From contig CAYHDB010000004.1 in the NCBI GenBank assembly GCA_964355335.1, positions 1 through 47,960 on the forward strand: a stretch of DNA of 47,960 bases, written 5' to 3'. Of this stretch, positions 17,271 to 26,491 are shown in pieces; position 1 is the first letter of the stretch, and each line of letters starts with the position of its first letter. A program made the position numbers and the translations under genes. Source of the stretch: an uncultured Candidatus Saccharibacteria bacterium. GTDB lineage: Bacteria; Patescibacteriota; Minisyncoccia; Phycocordibacterales; SIBU01. The notes under the pieces are model-generated. The model was given only the letters and a program-made list of their open reading frames with translations, searched no databases and was not told where the DNA came from.

Positions 17271-18500
17271 ATGAAAGACAGAAAATTGGCAACTAACAGA
17301 CTTCGTGAGATGCTCTATTACGTTGCGCGTTTCAGAAATTCGACCTTCGTCATCGCAATCGATGGCAGGGTACTGGAGGGAAATGACATGCTCTCTCTTG
17401 CAGAAGACATTTCCCTACTTCACTCAATCGGCATCCGTATTGCATTGGTGACAGGACTGTCGGATCAAAGTGACTTCAAAGAAAGACGAAGGACCCGATA
17501 CACACGGCTACGATCAACCACTGAGCAACTGTGCAAGTCCATCAATACGGTCCACCGAGGCCTCTCATCTCCTTTCATATCCAGAAGCGAGGAATCCCAA
17601 AATTTCGCGCAAAGGATCGACGAGGATGATATCGGCACAGGATTGCTTCCCAGCAGAGTCAGTGAGGCTCTCTCAGGCGGACTAATACCTGTGGTTGTCG
17701 CAAAGCCGATAAACGAGAAGACCGAGGATTCGTGGTTTGGTTCACTGCTGAGAGCAGCTACAAGTCTCTGTGGTGCAATCCTTACCGACAAATTGGTTTA
17801 CCTATCGTACTTTGACGGCATATTCACGGAAGGCAGAACTCTGCTTCGAGAGGCCCAGCTGGACCAAGTACAGCAACTGGTCGCGGATGAAACCATTAGC
17901 GGGCAATTCGCAGAGTTTGTGAAAACCGCCGAGACCGTCATTAACGCCGGAGTAATCCGCGTGCACTTCATCAACGGCAAAGTCGAAGGCAGTCTTCTTT
18001 GCGAACTGTTCACAAAAGACGGCGTCGGAACGATGATTCACCGAAATCAATATCAGGAAATTCGCCCCGCGCGAACGCCGGATATTAGTGGCATCCTGAA
18101 TGTGCTCGGTACGCAAGGAAGTCACGGCGACGTCAGACGACACACTGAGGAAATGATCAGTGCTCAACTCCCCAGCTACCGTGTCGTGGTCAAAGACAAT
18201 GGAGTTATAGCCTGTGGATGCCTACGTTGTTTCCCTGGAGAGAAAAAGGCACTTGTCAGTTCGCTTGGTGTTGACCAGTCCTATCTCAGTCAAGGAATCG
18301 GCGAACTTCTGCTTAAAAGCTTCATCACTGAGGCCAAGAGCAAAGGAGTCACTCTACTGACACTAGTAAGTCCTCAGACAGGTCAGTGGTGGCTTGGTCG
18401 AGAGTTTGACCCCGGGAAAGTCTCCGACCTTCCGAGCGACCTTCAGGCCAGCGTCAATACGCCCTCCACCACAATTTTGGTGAGTAGGCTCGAAGATTAA
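17271..18500 (+). CDS. argA: Amino-acid N-acetyltransferase ArgA (AAK + GNAT domains)
   Basis: Y..RFRNSTFVIAIDG, DISLLHSIGIR, GVIRVHFING..EGSLLCELFTKDGVGTMI, and C-terminal GNAT QGIGELLL. Confidence 0.85.
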   Translation: MKDRKLATNRLREMLYYVARFRNSTFVIAIDGRVLEGNDMLSLAEDISLLHSIGIRIALVTGLSDQSDFKERRRTRYTRLRSTTEQLCKSINTVHRGLSSPFISRSEESQNFAQRIDEDDIGTGLLPSRVSEALSGGLIPVVVAKPINEKTEDSWFGSLLRAATSLCGAILTDKLVYLSYFDGIFTEGRTLLREAQLDQVQQLVADETISGQFAEFVKTAETVINAGVIRVHFINGKVEGSLLCELFTKDGVGTMIHRNQYQEIRPARTPDISGILNVLGTQGSHGDVRRHTEEMISAQLPSYRVVVKDNGVIACGCLRCFPGEKKALVSSLGVDQSYLSQGIGELLLKSFITEAKSKGVTLLTLVSPQTGQWWLGREFDPGKVSDLPSDLQASVNTPSTTILVSRLED

Positions 18501-18516
18501 TCGTTCATTCAACCCG

Positions 18517-18556
18517 CCCGAAGTTACGCAAGTGTAACTTCGGGATTTTTATTTTT
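18517..18556 (+). terminator. Intrinsic terminator of argE-argA
   Basis: CCCGAAGTTACGC/GTGTAACTTCGGG hairpin followed by a U-tract. Confidence 0.85.
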
Positions 18557-18640
18557 CAAGATTGATAGTTAGGTATTAAAAAACGGCACCAAAAATAGCA
18601 CCGTTTACTTCACAAATCATTATGTTTTTCCACAAAACAT

Positions 18641-19417
18641 CTAAATCATTCCTTTAAGTCGGGATGCTTTAATCAAATCAATCCTCTCCCCTTCCTTTAT
18701 CGAACTCCCAATGATTGCTCCGTTCGCGACAGAGAATTGTTCTCGAATGTTTCCTTCATTCACGCCAGCACCGACAAAAATCGGAAATTGCGGAAATGCT
18801 TTCCGTACCTCCCTAATTTTCTCTATAGGTGTCTCAACTCCCGTCGCCTGACCTGTAATGACAAGTCCGTCTGAACCACTGTTTATCACAAGCTCAGCCG
18901 ATACCGCAAGTGGCCTTGGGGTCAACATTGTCTTGTACTTGACCTGTATGTCGGTAAGCAAAAGAAGCTCCGGGTAGATAGCATTTTTGTGGGAAAAGAT
19001 TTCTTCGGGCACGGGATTTATTTCACCCCATTTTGAACTGACGTGGTCCACGAACACATCGAGTCTCGTGAATTTCGCCCCAACAGCCTTCGCGATGGCA
19101 AAAGAAGTTTTCCAATCATTGAGCATCATCTGCACACCGATTGGGATTTTTGCAACTCGGCAAACCTCATTTGCGACAACAGAAAAACTCGCGATTTGCG
19201 CTTCGTTCGCAAACTCGGTATGTGGCTTGTCGTTGTCATTCTCAATCAATGCACCGTCAAACCCGGCTTTCTCCAAAGCCGAAAGATCCGCCAAAGCCCC
19301 CTCAATCATCTTCCCCATTCCAGAAAATCCTTCAATGGAAAGCAACGGTGGAAGGTGAATCATTCCGATAAGGATTTGATTTTCTTTGCCGAATACTTCA
19401 TTAATGCTTGGTTTCAT
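18641..19417 (-). CDS. BtpA/SgcQ family TIM-barrel protein
   Basis: IGMIHLPPL, IENDNDKP, DIQVKY, DGLVITGQATG, VGAGV and GAIIGSSIK. Confidence 0.9.
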   Translation of the reverse strand: MKPSINEVFGKENQILIGMIHLPPLLSIEGFSGMGKMIEGALADLSALEKAGFDGALIENDNDKPHTEFANEAQIASFSVVANEVCRVAKIPIGVQMMLNDWKTSFAIAKAVGAKFTRLDVFVDHVSSKWGEINPVPEEIFSHKNAIYPELLLLTDIQVKYKTMLTPRPLAVSAELVINSGSDGLVITGQATGVETPIEKIREVRKAFPQFPIFVGAGVNEGNIREQFSVANGAIIGSSIKEGERIDLIKASRLKGMI

Positions 19418-19591
19418 TCTTTTCTCCTCATATGGGTACTGTATTGTTCTTAAGATTCTAATTAGAAGTCGATTTATTACACGAAAGACTTCCTTATACC
19501 AAACATACAGTACAAAATATGTTGGCCACTGTCAAAACTTCAGTATCTTAAAATTACTGTGCGGATATTTAAAATAATATGATAGTAAAAT

Positions 19592-20659
19592 CTACAAGCC
19601 AACCCCTAATCCAGGCTTCGTAGGCACCTCAACTGTATACCCGTTCCACAACAATCTTGAGGCTTTTTTAGGCAAAAATCTACTTGGCAAAGTCAGATCG
19701 TAACTTACAAAGTCGCCCAGGCAGGATGCGTGTAAGTTATATGCTGTACCAACTTCTGACTGAATCATGTCACCAAGCATATACTTGAGTCCATTTTCTT
19801 GGCAATAAGCAATCATTCGCTTAGCCTCAAATAATCCCCCACATTTGCTTAACTTAATGTTAACCATATCGATTGCATGTTTTTCATTTAAAAGTTTCAG
19901 ATGCCAAAGGGTATGACAACTTTCATCCGCCATGATTGGAATATTCGTCTTAAGCCGTAGCGAAGCAAGTCCATCATAGTCCTCGGCGTGCAAAGGTTGC
20001 TCCAACCATTCAATCCTGACTGGATTTAAAGCCTTCAAAAAAACGAGCGCAGACATAGGTGAATTCCATGCTTGATTGGCATCAAGCACAATAGAAATAT
20101 CAGGAAACGACTTGTTAATCGCTTTTAATATACTTACCTCAACCAGTGTATCTCCACCGACTTTAAACTTAAATATTTTAACACCCTGCTTCTGCGCTTT
20201 TTTGATAACCTCCTCAGGACCATTGTGCATTTCCTCAAAAGAAAAAGTTTTCTGCAGGAGAACAGACACCTTATTCTTACCTCCAAGTAATTCAAATATA
20301 GGTTTCCCTTCGGCTTGCCCTAAAATATCAAGCATTGCCGATTCAATCGCAGATTTAATACCTGTATTTCCGGCAAGATATGAATTGATGTTCTCCATCA
20401 CGGTATTCACATCATCCAGATTAGAAATACTCGCCCCCGAAACAATGGGCTCAACAAGTTTTATTACAGCCAACGCACCTTCTTGAGTTTCGCCGGTGAC
20501 ATCCCATGCCAATGCCGCCTCTCCTAAACCGACCAAACCTGAATCAGATGTGATTCTCACAAGCACATATTTCAGAGTGTTCAATGTCAGTGTGTGATAT
20601 GAAAAAGGCTCCCTCAACTTGAGGTCAAACTTTTCAGCTTCTATCAACTTGATTGTCAT
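19592..20659 (-). CDS. Enolase superfamily, MLE subgroup (dipeptide epimerase / N-succinylamino acid racemase-like)
   Basis: GLGEA, KFKVG (KxK), DANQ, EQP, ADES, NIKLSKCGG and KPGLG. Confidence 0.88.
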   Translation of the reverse strand: MTIKLIEAEKFDLKLREPFSYHTLTLNTLKYVLVRITSDSGLVGLGEAALAWDVTGETQEGALAVIKLVEPIVSGASISNLDDVNTVMENINSYLAGNTGIKSAIESAMLDILGQAEGKPIFELLGGKNKVSVLLQKTFSFEEMHNGPEEVIKKAQKQGVKIFKFKVGGDTLVEVSILKAINKSFPDISIVLDANQAWNSPMSALVFLKALNPVRIEWLEQPLHAEDYDGLASLRLKTNIPIMADESCHTLWHLKLLNEKHAIDMVNIKLSKCGGLFEAKRMIAYCQENGLKYMLGDMIQSEVGTAYNLHASCLGDFVSYDLTLPSRFLPKKASRLLWNGYTVEVPTKPGLGVGL

Positions 20660-20683
20660 GTATGAAAAATAGCACGAGTATAT

Positions 20684-20717
20684 AAAAAAGAAAAGACGAT
20701 GACCTAGTCATCGTCTT
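20684..20717 (-). terminator. Intrinsic terminator after the ATP-grasp gene
   Basis: AAGACGATGAC-cta-GTCATCGTCTT perfect stem with a minus-strand U-tract. Confidence 0.85.
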
Positions 20718-20732
20718 GAATAACAATCGAAT

Positions 20733-21974
20733 TCAAACCTCAATTTCTCGCATTACCCTACGTTTCGCCTTTTCAAATCTTGCTTCTGCGGAAGCAGGTG
20801 ATACCCAGGAAATACCCGTGATATCGCAATAGCCGTGAGCAATCACACCTGGATTGGAGACGACCGCAAAACCTGAAAAGTGAGGGACCAGCAAATCACC
20901 GAGAAGGTTTTGAATTTCTAAAAAACTGTAAGCTTCGACACGGTCAGGAAGACGCAGGTGCTCATGCCTGAAAAAACCGCTGTCGGAGTTCGCGTGCGCC
21001 CGAGAAAGTCTGCGGACCATATCATGAACATAGAGGATTGCCCCTTTTCTTGGATTAAAGTCAATCCAGTAAGGGACACCGTCATCGTCCACAACAATAT
21101 CACAACAGAAGAAACCGATCGCACCTTCAGCAATCAAGGCGGGCCAAAATCTGCTCTCCGCCTCATTCATGATACATCGGCGAGTCTCTTTCGGTAAACT
21201 TTGGGCCGGCCAAACCGCTCCAGCATATCCGAAATTACGGGAAAGTTGCTCAAAAATACCAGTGAAGCACGCTTTTCCCTCTTCGGTTATCTGCCAATGA
21301 AGAGAAACCTCTGTCGAATGGGGTATGACTTCCTCAATCATAAACTCCGCACCAAAGGCCAATCCTTGTCCAGTCAAATTACGCAGCTGCTCCTCGTTGG
21401 CAATAAGCTTCATACCACCGCAAGCAATTCCACCAGTCCCATCCTCCGCCTTCAACAACAAGGTCTTGCCCACTTGAAGCATGGGAAGGCCGTGCCGAAG
21501 CAACTCTTCCCCGTTTCGGCACGCAAACCAAGAAGGTGTCCGCAAACCATTTCGGTCAAAAAACCTCTTGAAGTTCGGCTTGCGGGAAAGCGGAATAGAA
21601 ACATCGAAATTGCAGTACGGAGCTATTCCAAGAGCCTCTGACACCTGTCGTTCACTTTCCTCAATACAGAAGAACTCGAGACGGGATGGCTCTCCGTTTA
21701 CCCGCGACCGAATTTGCCCCTGAAGAAACTGGTTTCGAAGTACAAGTTGTGACAGGGTACATGTTGGGTCAAATGGACCAGCCACCAGAAACTCCGGGAG
21801 GTCAAATCCTAGGCCTTCCCAATAACGAAGAAAGTCCCGATTGATAGGGTCAGTAGTGACCACAACATCTCCCGTGCCCGCCTGACAGATACCACCACGC
21901 TGATCATACGATTGCTCCAAAGCGACACCTTTGAAATGACGGTTGCTCTGAGTGTCTAATATTACACGTCTCAT
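20733..21974 (-). CDS. ATP-grasp peptide/amide ligase with a pre-ATP-grasp domain (PGM1-like)
   Basis: GDVVVT..P...DFLRY N-domain, LLLKAEDGTGG, MIEEVI, GFFCCDIVV and WIDFNPR. Confidence 0.75.
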   Translation of the reverse strand: MRRVILDTQSNRHFKGVALEQSYDQRGGICQAGTGDVVVTTDPINRDFLRYWEGLGFDLPEFLVAGPFDPTCTLSQLVLRNQFLQGQIRSRVNGEPSRLEFFCIEESERQVSEALGIAPYCNFDVSIPLSRKPNFKRFFDRNGLRTPSWFACRNGEELLRHGLPMLQVGKTLLLKAEDGTGGIACGGMKLIANEEQLRNLTGQGLAFGAEFMIEEVIPHSTEVSLHWQITEEGKACFTGIFEQLSRNFGYAGAVWPAQSLPKETRRCIMNEAESRFWPALIAEGAIGFFCCDIVVDDDGVPYWIDFNPRKGAILYVHDMVRRLSRAHANSDSGFFRHEHLRLPDRVEAYSFLEIQNLLGDLLVPHFSGFAVVSNPGVIAHGYCDITGISWVSPASAEARFEKAKRRVMREIEV

Positions 21975-22015
21975 GATAGGTTCCTTTTGTTTTCAAATAG
22001 TTATTACCTCTAATT

Positions 22016-22053
22016 TCTAAATTTAGACTAACTGGCAACAACACCCTTGTCAA
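22016..22053 (-). promoter_or_regulatory. Promoter with palindrome TCTAAATTTAGA (shared-motif copy 3)
   Basis: TTGACA (22053-22048) lies 20 nt from the palindrome (22016-22027), the same spacing as copies 1 and 2. Confidence 0.5.
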
Positions 22054-22097
22054 GGGTCACAAAAAATACAGCACTGCTTAGATATAAATTTGAATAT

Positions 22098-22124
22098 AAA
22101 AAAGCGGCCTAAGTTAAGCCGCTT
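22098..22124 (-). terminator. Intrinsic terminator after the PLP enzyme
   Basis: AAGCGGC...GCCGCTT stem with a minus-strand U-tract. Confidence 0.7.
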
Positions 22125-22130
22125 CGTGTG

Positions 22131-23384
22131 TTATAGATGATGCTCCAAGACCTGTTCAGCAATGATGGTGCACAATTCTTCAAGGGTTGTTTTCTTTTCA
22201 ATCAACAACACTCTCCCAAGTTGTGGTGCTCCGTGTTTCTCGATGAGATCGGGACGATTTCGTCTTACCGAATCAAGCAATGTCTCGGAAATATCCGGAG
22301 CCACGCGAACAATCCCATGCTGATCTTTCGCGCCATTGCCTGTAAATGACAGCAACAGCACGTCTCTGGAATCAAATCGACTCTTCCACTTGAGAGCCGC
22401 GGCCAGGGACATAATGCCTGTCGGTTCGGGAATCACCCCCTTATTCACCAACTCATCTTCATTGGCAAGTACACGATACGCCTCACCCAGATCATTGTTG
22501 ATGAGACCCCCAAGAGGAAACCCTTCAGTCAACTTCAGGCCGTGCATCAACTGAGGCATGCTGTAGCTTTCTATGGCAATTGACCCTTCAGCGGCATCGA
22601 CCTCACTCTCTGAAGTTCGGAATTCCGTATATTTTTGCAGGGGAACGCTCTGATAGAACGCATCCTCTGTTGGAAATGCGCCCTTCATTCCAACAGGGAC
22701 AATTTTGGTTGGAACCGCTTTTTTTTGCCATGAAAATCCTAAAGCAATCCCAGCCAAGTAACTACCGTTGCCGACACCCGAAAGAACGTGAGTGGGTATT
22801 TCAGGAAGCGATAGGATGTCGTCAACAATCACGCTAAACCCAGGAAGAAGATCCTCGTTGTCGACATTGGCGTTACAAATGCCATCCAACCGACACAGGT
22901 CAGCTTTTGTAACGAGATTGTAAACATCTTCAAAGATTGCATCCTTCATTCCCACCACTGTCACGCTTGGAAACGCCGACAGGAGAGTTATCTTCGAGGA
23001 GGAGGCTGGAGTAAAAACAATTGCATTCGCTCCAATCTCCTGCACTCGCCGACACAAGGAATAAGCATGATTGCCGGACGATATAACCGAAAAAGTCCGC
23101 TTCCCCAAAGCATTCCCCATGTCAACGGCACGCTCCACCGAATAATCCTTCATACTGCCGGAAGGATTGGCTCCTTCATCGCGTATGAATACCCGACGGA
23201 CTCCAATGGCTCTGGCAATTTTCGGAACTTCGTATGTCGGAACACGAAACGGGCGTGGACGCACATCCGTTTTAGGTGGCCACAATATACCGTAGCCGAC
23301 AGCATCTGCGTGCACGCGTTTGTGCTCTGCGATGCAATCCCGGGCAACCATTTGGCCACATAGCAAACACTGAAACATACTCAT
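22131..23384 (-). CDS. Fold-type II PLP enzyme (threonine synthase-like) with an N-terminal Cys/His zinc finger; probable start at ATG 23384
   Basis: DEGANPSGSMKD (PLP lysine), SSGNHA, GVGNGS, EPTG and TGNGAKD; AAGGAGG SD before 23384. Confidence 0.8.
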   Translation of the reverse strand: MSMFQCLLCGQMVARDCIAEHKRVHADAVGYGILWPPKTDVRPRPFRVPTYEVPKIARAIGVRRVFIRDEGANPSGSMKDYSVERAVDMGNALGKRTFSVISSGNHAYSLCRRVQEIGANAIVFTPASSSKITLLSAFPSVTVVGMKDAIFEDVYNLVTKADLCRLDGICNANVDNEDLLPGFSVIVDDILSLPEIPTHVLSGVGNGSYLAGIALGFSWQKKAVPTKIVPVGMKGAFPTEDAFYQSVPLQKYTEFRTSESEVDAAEGSIAIESYSMPQLMHGLKLTEGFPLGGLINNDLGEAYRVLANEDELVNKGVIPEPTGIMSLAAALKWKSRFDSRDVLLLSFTGNGAKDQHGIVRVAPDISETLLDSVRRNRPDLIEKHGAPQLGRVLLIEKKTTLEELCTIIAEQVLEHHL

Positions 23385-23513
23385 TCTGGAACCCTCCTTT
23401 ATGTGGGTTGATTGTGAATTGTTAAAGACCGCTGTGGATAAGCCACCTGCATCACTGAGAGAAAAATTAGTCACTTTTACCCCCCTTTCAATATAGAGAT
23501 TATTTTCTAACAA

Positions 23514-23558
23514 TTTCTGAAGTTCAGATTAGACCATATCAAAACCACTGTCAACAAA
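23514..23558 (-). promoter_or_regulatory. Promoter with palindrome TCTGAAGTTCAGA (shared-motif copy 1)
   Basis: TTGACA...TGGTCTAAT followed by the palindrome at 23516-23528; 38/45 identical to 24420-24464. Confidence 0.7.
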
Positions 23559-23613
23559 TTTTAAATATCGCAAAAAAGAGCGCTGTGATTTGGCACATAC
23601 GCTCTACTCGAAT

Positions 23614-24399
23614 CTACTTTTGATGGCGACAGAAAAAGAGCCCTTCGTTGTTTATCCCGACCCCGAGATAGCCCTGTTCTAGCAAACCGGATATCTGGGA
23701 ATGAGTTTCCAGACACACAGGTTGAGGTTCATCGGGTTTATCAAACCCTACGGGGACAAACACACAGTTGGGAGGTAAGGGATTCTTGGGAGGAAAGACA
23801 AGGTTACCGGCGAGTTTCTTCCTGAGGCGAAGCCCCAAATCCTTATTAATATCCGAACCGTAGAAATTTGGCATGCACTCATAAATCTCATAGCCCATAC
23901 CCAATCGCAGTCCCAGGCTGGCACCATTTGAAACACGAATAGCCATAAACAACTCGGTCACACCCTCCGCCCTGGCAAGGTTCTCCTGGTGGTAGGCAAT
24001 ATGCCTGCCAAACCCTTCACCTGTATATTCAGGCAATAAACCTGTGCTGTAGCAATAACCTGCTGGATAGGAAAAATGAAAAGACATCTCATCAATGTGA
24101 TGAAAAAGGATTTGGGAATGACCGATAAGCTCGCTACTCGCCTTCACTCGCATTAATATCAAGGATCCAAATGCCACAATCTTTCTCAACTCATCGATGG
24201 ATATTTCCTGTTCACCTTCAAACACCTTGTCGTCAACAAGCTTAACCTCCTTAAGGACCGACTCATCTGACGTTGAAAGCTCAAAGAAAACTTCATGACC
24301 TCTCTTACCCCTGGCCTCGCCCAACCTTTTACCGATCATTTGACTCACAGTGCCCAGTTTTCCAAAATTCAGATTAGACATACTGTCTCCTTCTATCAA
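23614..24399 (-). CDS. GNAT family acyltransferase
   Basis: TGLLPEYTGEGFGR acyl-CoA motif A, N.AS..L...GY and PNFYG. Confidence 0.8.
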   Translation of the reverse strand: MIEGDSMSNLNFGKLGTVSQMIGKRLGEARGKRGHEVFFELSTSDESVLKEVKLVDDKVFEGEQEISIDELRKIVAFGSLILMRVKASSELIGHSQILFHHIDEMSFHFSYPAGYCYSTGLLPEYTGEGFGRHIAYHQENLARAEGVTELFMAIRVSNGASLGLRLGMGYEIYECMPNFYGSDINKDLGLRLRKKLAGNLVFPPKNPLPPNCVFVPVGFDKPDEPQPVCLETHSQISGLLEQGYLGVGINNEGLFFCRHQK

Positions 24400-24419
24400 A
24401 AAGGTTTTACCTTCACTAT

Positions 24420-24464
24420 TTTCTGAATCTCAGATTAAGCCATATCAAAACCGTAGTCAACAAA
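24420..24464 (-). promoter_or_regulatory. Promoter with imperfect palindrome TCTGAATCTCAGA (shared-motif copy 2)
   Basis: TTGACT...TGGCTTAAT; 38/45 identical to 23514-23558. Confidence 0.7.
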
Positions 24465-24537
24465 CCTGCCAATTCCAACATTTAAAAAAACTCCGAAAAT
24501 ATTTTCGGGGTTTTGTAAAAAACCTGTAGACAAAACG

Positions 24538-25440
24538 TTATTCCAACTTGGCAAAATAAAACCACTCGTCACCAATCTTGGGATTTTGCTTGGGCATTAC
24601 GACGTATCCGTCATAGGGTGCGGACACAACTGTCCCTCCTTCCCTCCTCCCGATCGCCTGGCCACTAGAAACGGGTTCGAAATTTTTCCATTTCTTCAAC
24701 AGGACATCTCCCACCGCATCTCTGTAGTAAATCTGATCAAGTCGGATCACTTTTTGCGCAGGTGCCTTCTTGGTTTTACCACCAATAACACCGAAGTGGC
24801 GTAAGACATTGATGGCCGAACTGTAAGCCGCCTTAAAAGCGGAGACGGAATTATGCTGACCACATTCAATCGTAGCAGACACCTTCCCCTTTTCGTGCGC
24901 GTAATGACCCGTATCATACGAAGTCTTTTGAGAGTCCGATTTTCCAATTTTTTCGTACAACTCAATCCACCCGGCAAGCACATTCGACATACCCGTAGCC
25001 GTCACCAACTGTCGATTGGCCTCCGACTCGTAATCAAGGAAAACAAATGGGGCACTTCTAGCGCTGGTAGAGTGAATGTCCACAAGCATATCGCACTGAT
25101 CTACAGCCGAGGCAAGTTCGTTTGCCAATTTTGCCTCGTCTGTTTTGGGGTTAGGATGATAAGTGAAAATCCTGTTTAGATTTTCTTCGCAATACCTGAC
25201 CTTTTCTGAAAAAGCCTTCGGGTTGCAGACCGGAACGATAGTGACAGACCCCTTCAGAACCTTAAGTTTACCTGTTGAAAATTGGTCAACAAGCTTCTTA
25301 AGCGCCTTAGTCCCACACGGTTCATCACCGTGTATAGCGCCAAAAAAGAGAATTCTTGGCCCCTCCCTATCCGTGCCGAAGGTGTACTTATCAACGATAA
25401 GTTTGGTATTTCCTGAATTTACATTACTTTTCGGTTTCAT
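24538..25440 (-). CDS. Succinylglutamate desuccinylase/aspartoacylase (AstE/AspA, M14-like) family
   Basis: GAIHGDEPCG, NP.A, NLNRIF, VDIHS and TIECGQH. Confidence 0.88.
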   Translation of the reverse strand: MKPKSNVNSGNTKLIVDKYTFGTDREGPRILFFGAIHGDEPCGTKALKKLVDQFSTGKLKVLKGSVTIVPVCNPKAFSEKVRYCEENLNRIFTYHPNPKTDEAKLANELASAVDQCDMLVDIHSTSARSAPFVFLDYESEANRQLVTATGMSNVLAGWIELYEKIGKSDSQKTSYDTGHYAHEKGKVSATIECGQHNSVSAFKAAYSSAINVLRHFGVIGGKTKKAPAQKVIRLDQIYYRDAVGDVLLKKWKNFEPVSSGQAIGRREGGTVVSAPYDGYVVMPKQNPKIGDEWFYFAKLE

Positions 25441-25599
25441 AAGTTATCGTGTTTGAAGGTTAGGATTTTCGACTTTCATGCATACTGTAAAACTACAACG
25501 ATTTCCACCTAAAAGATAGCACTTATTGGATATAATATGCAAATAAAAAACCGCCTCGACAACTTGTCGGGGACGGATTTACACTTGATCCAAGATTGG

Positions 25600-26298
25600 C
25601 TAATTCAGACCCTCTGGATCGCCTTGGAGCAATACCCCGCCGAGAGGCACATGGGTTATGGTATTTATTTCATCGCATGTCCCACTCAAGACGAAACGTT
25701 CGCATTCGGCAAGAGGAATTTTGTATAGAACAACCCGCTGATCTGAGGGTCCCGCCAGACACATCCCCAAAACGTTGAGATAGGGAAAGTGTCCCACGAC
25801 ACCAACTCTAAGAAGAAGCTTATTGAGAACGGGATCGCCATCTCTCCGTAGCAAAACGGTTTTAACTTCAACAACGAACTTCTCCGCGACTACTTCGATG
25901 CGCCGATCAATGGCGCATCGTGCTGGTTTATCTTTTCCCCATTTTACCCAGTCATATCCGTTGCGTTTCCTTGCCTCGAGCAGAATTTTCGCATCACTAC
26001 TCTCAGCAGGATCGGCGCTCTTAGGATTTGGGTCGTAAAGTTCCGGTATTTCAACCAGCGAAGTGTTTGGGTTTGAGAGTGCAAGAGCCAGACGGTGTGT
26101 TCGGATTGCCGGTGAGTAAAATACAACATCAAACTCAGTACCCTCCTTCTTCAGCGCCAAACGAAGCATCTTGATTTGTTCCTTTCCTTCGTCGTTTGGC
26201 AGTCGAAATAAATCGTGAATGTTCGTCACTTCATCCGTCATCATGTCCCGGATAAGTTGGAATTCGATTCTCTTTTTGCCTGTTATGTTCACAATCAA
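25600..26298 (-). CDS. Degenerate histidine-phosphatase-fold protein
   Basis: FYSPAIRT..LA, IPEL and VVGH motifs are present, but RHG appears as RDM. Confidence 0.5.
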   Translation of the reverse strand: MIVNITGKKRIEFQLIRDMMTDEVTNIHDLFRLPNDEGKEQIKMLRLALKKEGTEFDVVFYSPAIRTHRLALALSNPNTSLVEIPELYDPNPKSADPAESSDAKILLEARKRNGYDWVKWGKDKPARCAIDRRIEVVAEKFVVEVKTVLLRRDGDPVLNKLLLRVGVVGHFPYLNVLGMCLAGPSDQRVVLYKIPLAECERFVLSGTCDEINTITHVPLGGVLLQGDPEGLN

Positions 26299-26423
26299 CC
26301 TTTCTTTTTTCTTTGTTTTTTGGACATTCCTAATAGAACCCGGAACCCTTGAAACAAGGAGTTTTTCAACACTAAACTGTTGAAACAGTATTACCGGTTT
26401 GTCTATTTGTCAATTTATCAAAT

Positions 26424-26456
26424 AAAAAAGGAGAAGATCTTTTGGAAATTCTCCTT
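26424..26456 (-). terminator. Intrinsic terminator after argS
   Basis: AAGGAGAA...TTCTCCTT stem with a U-tract; similar to 28532-28566. Confidence 0.7.
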
Positions 26457-26491
26457 GGCTTAATGATAACTATTCGACAGCGATACCGAAA

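Noticed and set aside
18500-18545. ATCGTTCAT start resembling the glnA (glutamine) riboswitch
   Set aside because: It lies downstream of a stop codon, lacks the rest of the motif, and is explained as a 3' UTR plus terminator.
19436-19513. GTACTGTAT...ATACAGTAC inverted repeat upstream of btpA as a TrpR operator
   Set aside because: The half-sites are about 65 nt apart, incompatible with N8 spacing; one overlaps the predicted -10 element.
26310-26360. AGGGTTCCG...GTCCAA on the minus strand, resembling the 5' part of a ykkC/guanidine-I riboswitch
   Set aside because: The conserved 3' half (P3 and the AAAAGCCCGG-type tail) is absent, and the segment folds into a simple local hairpin instead.
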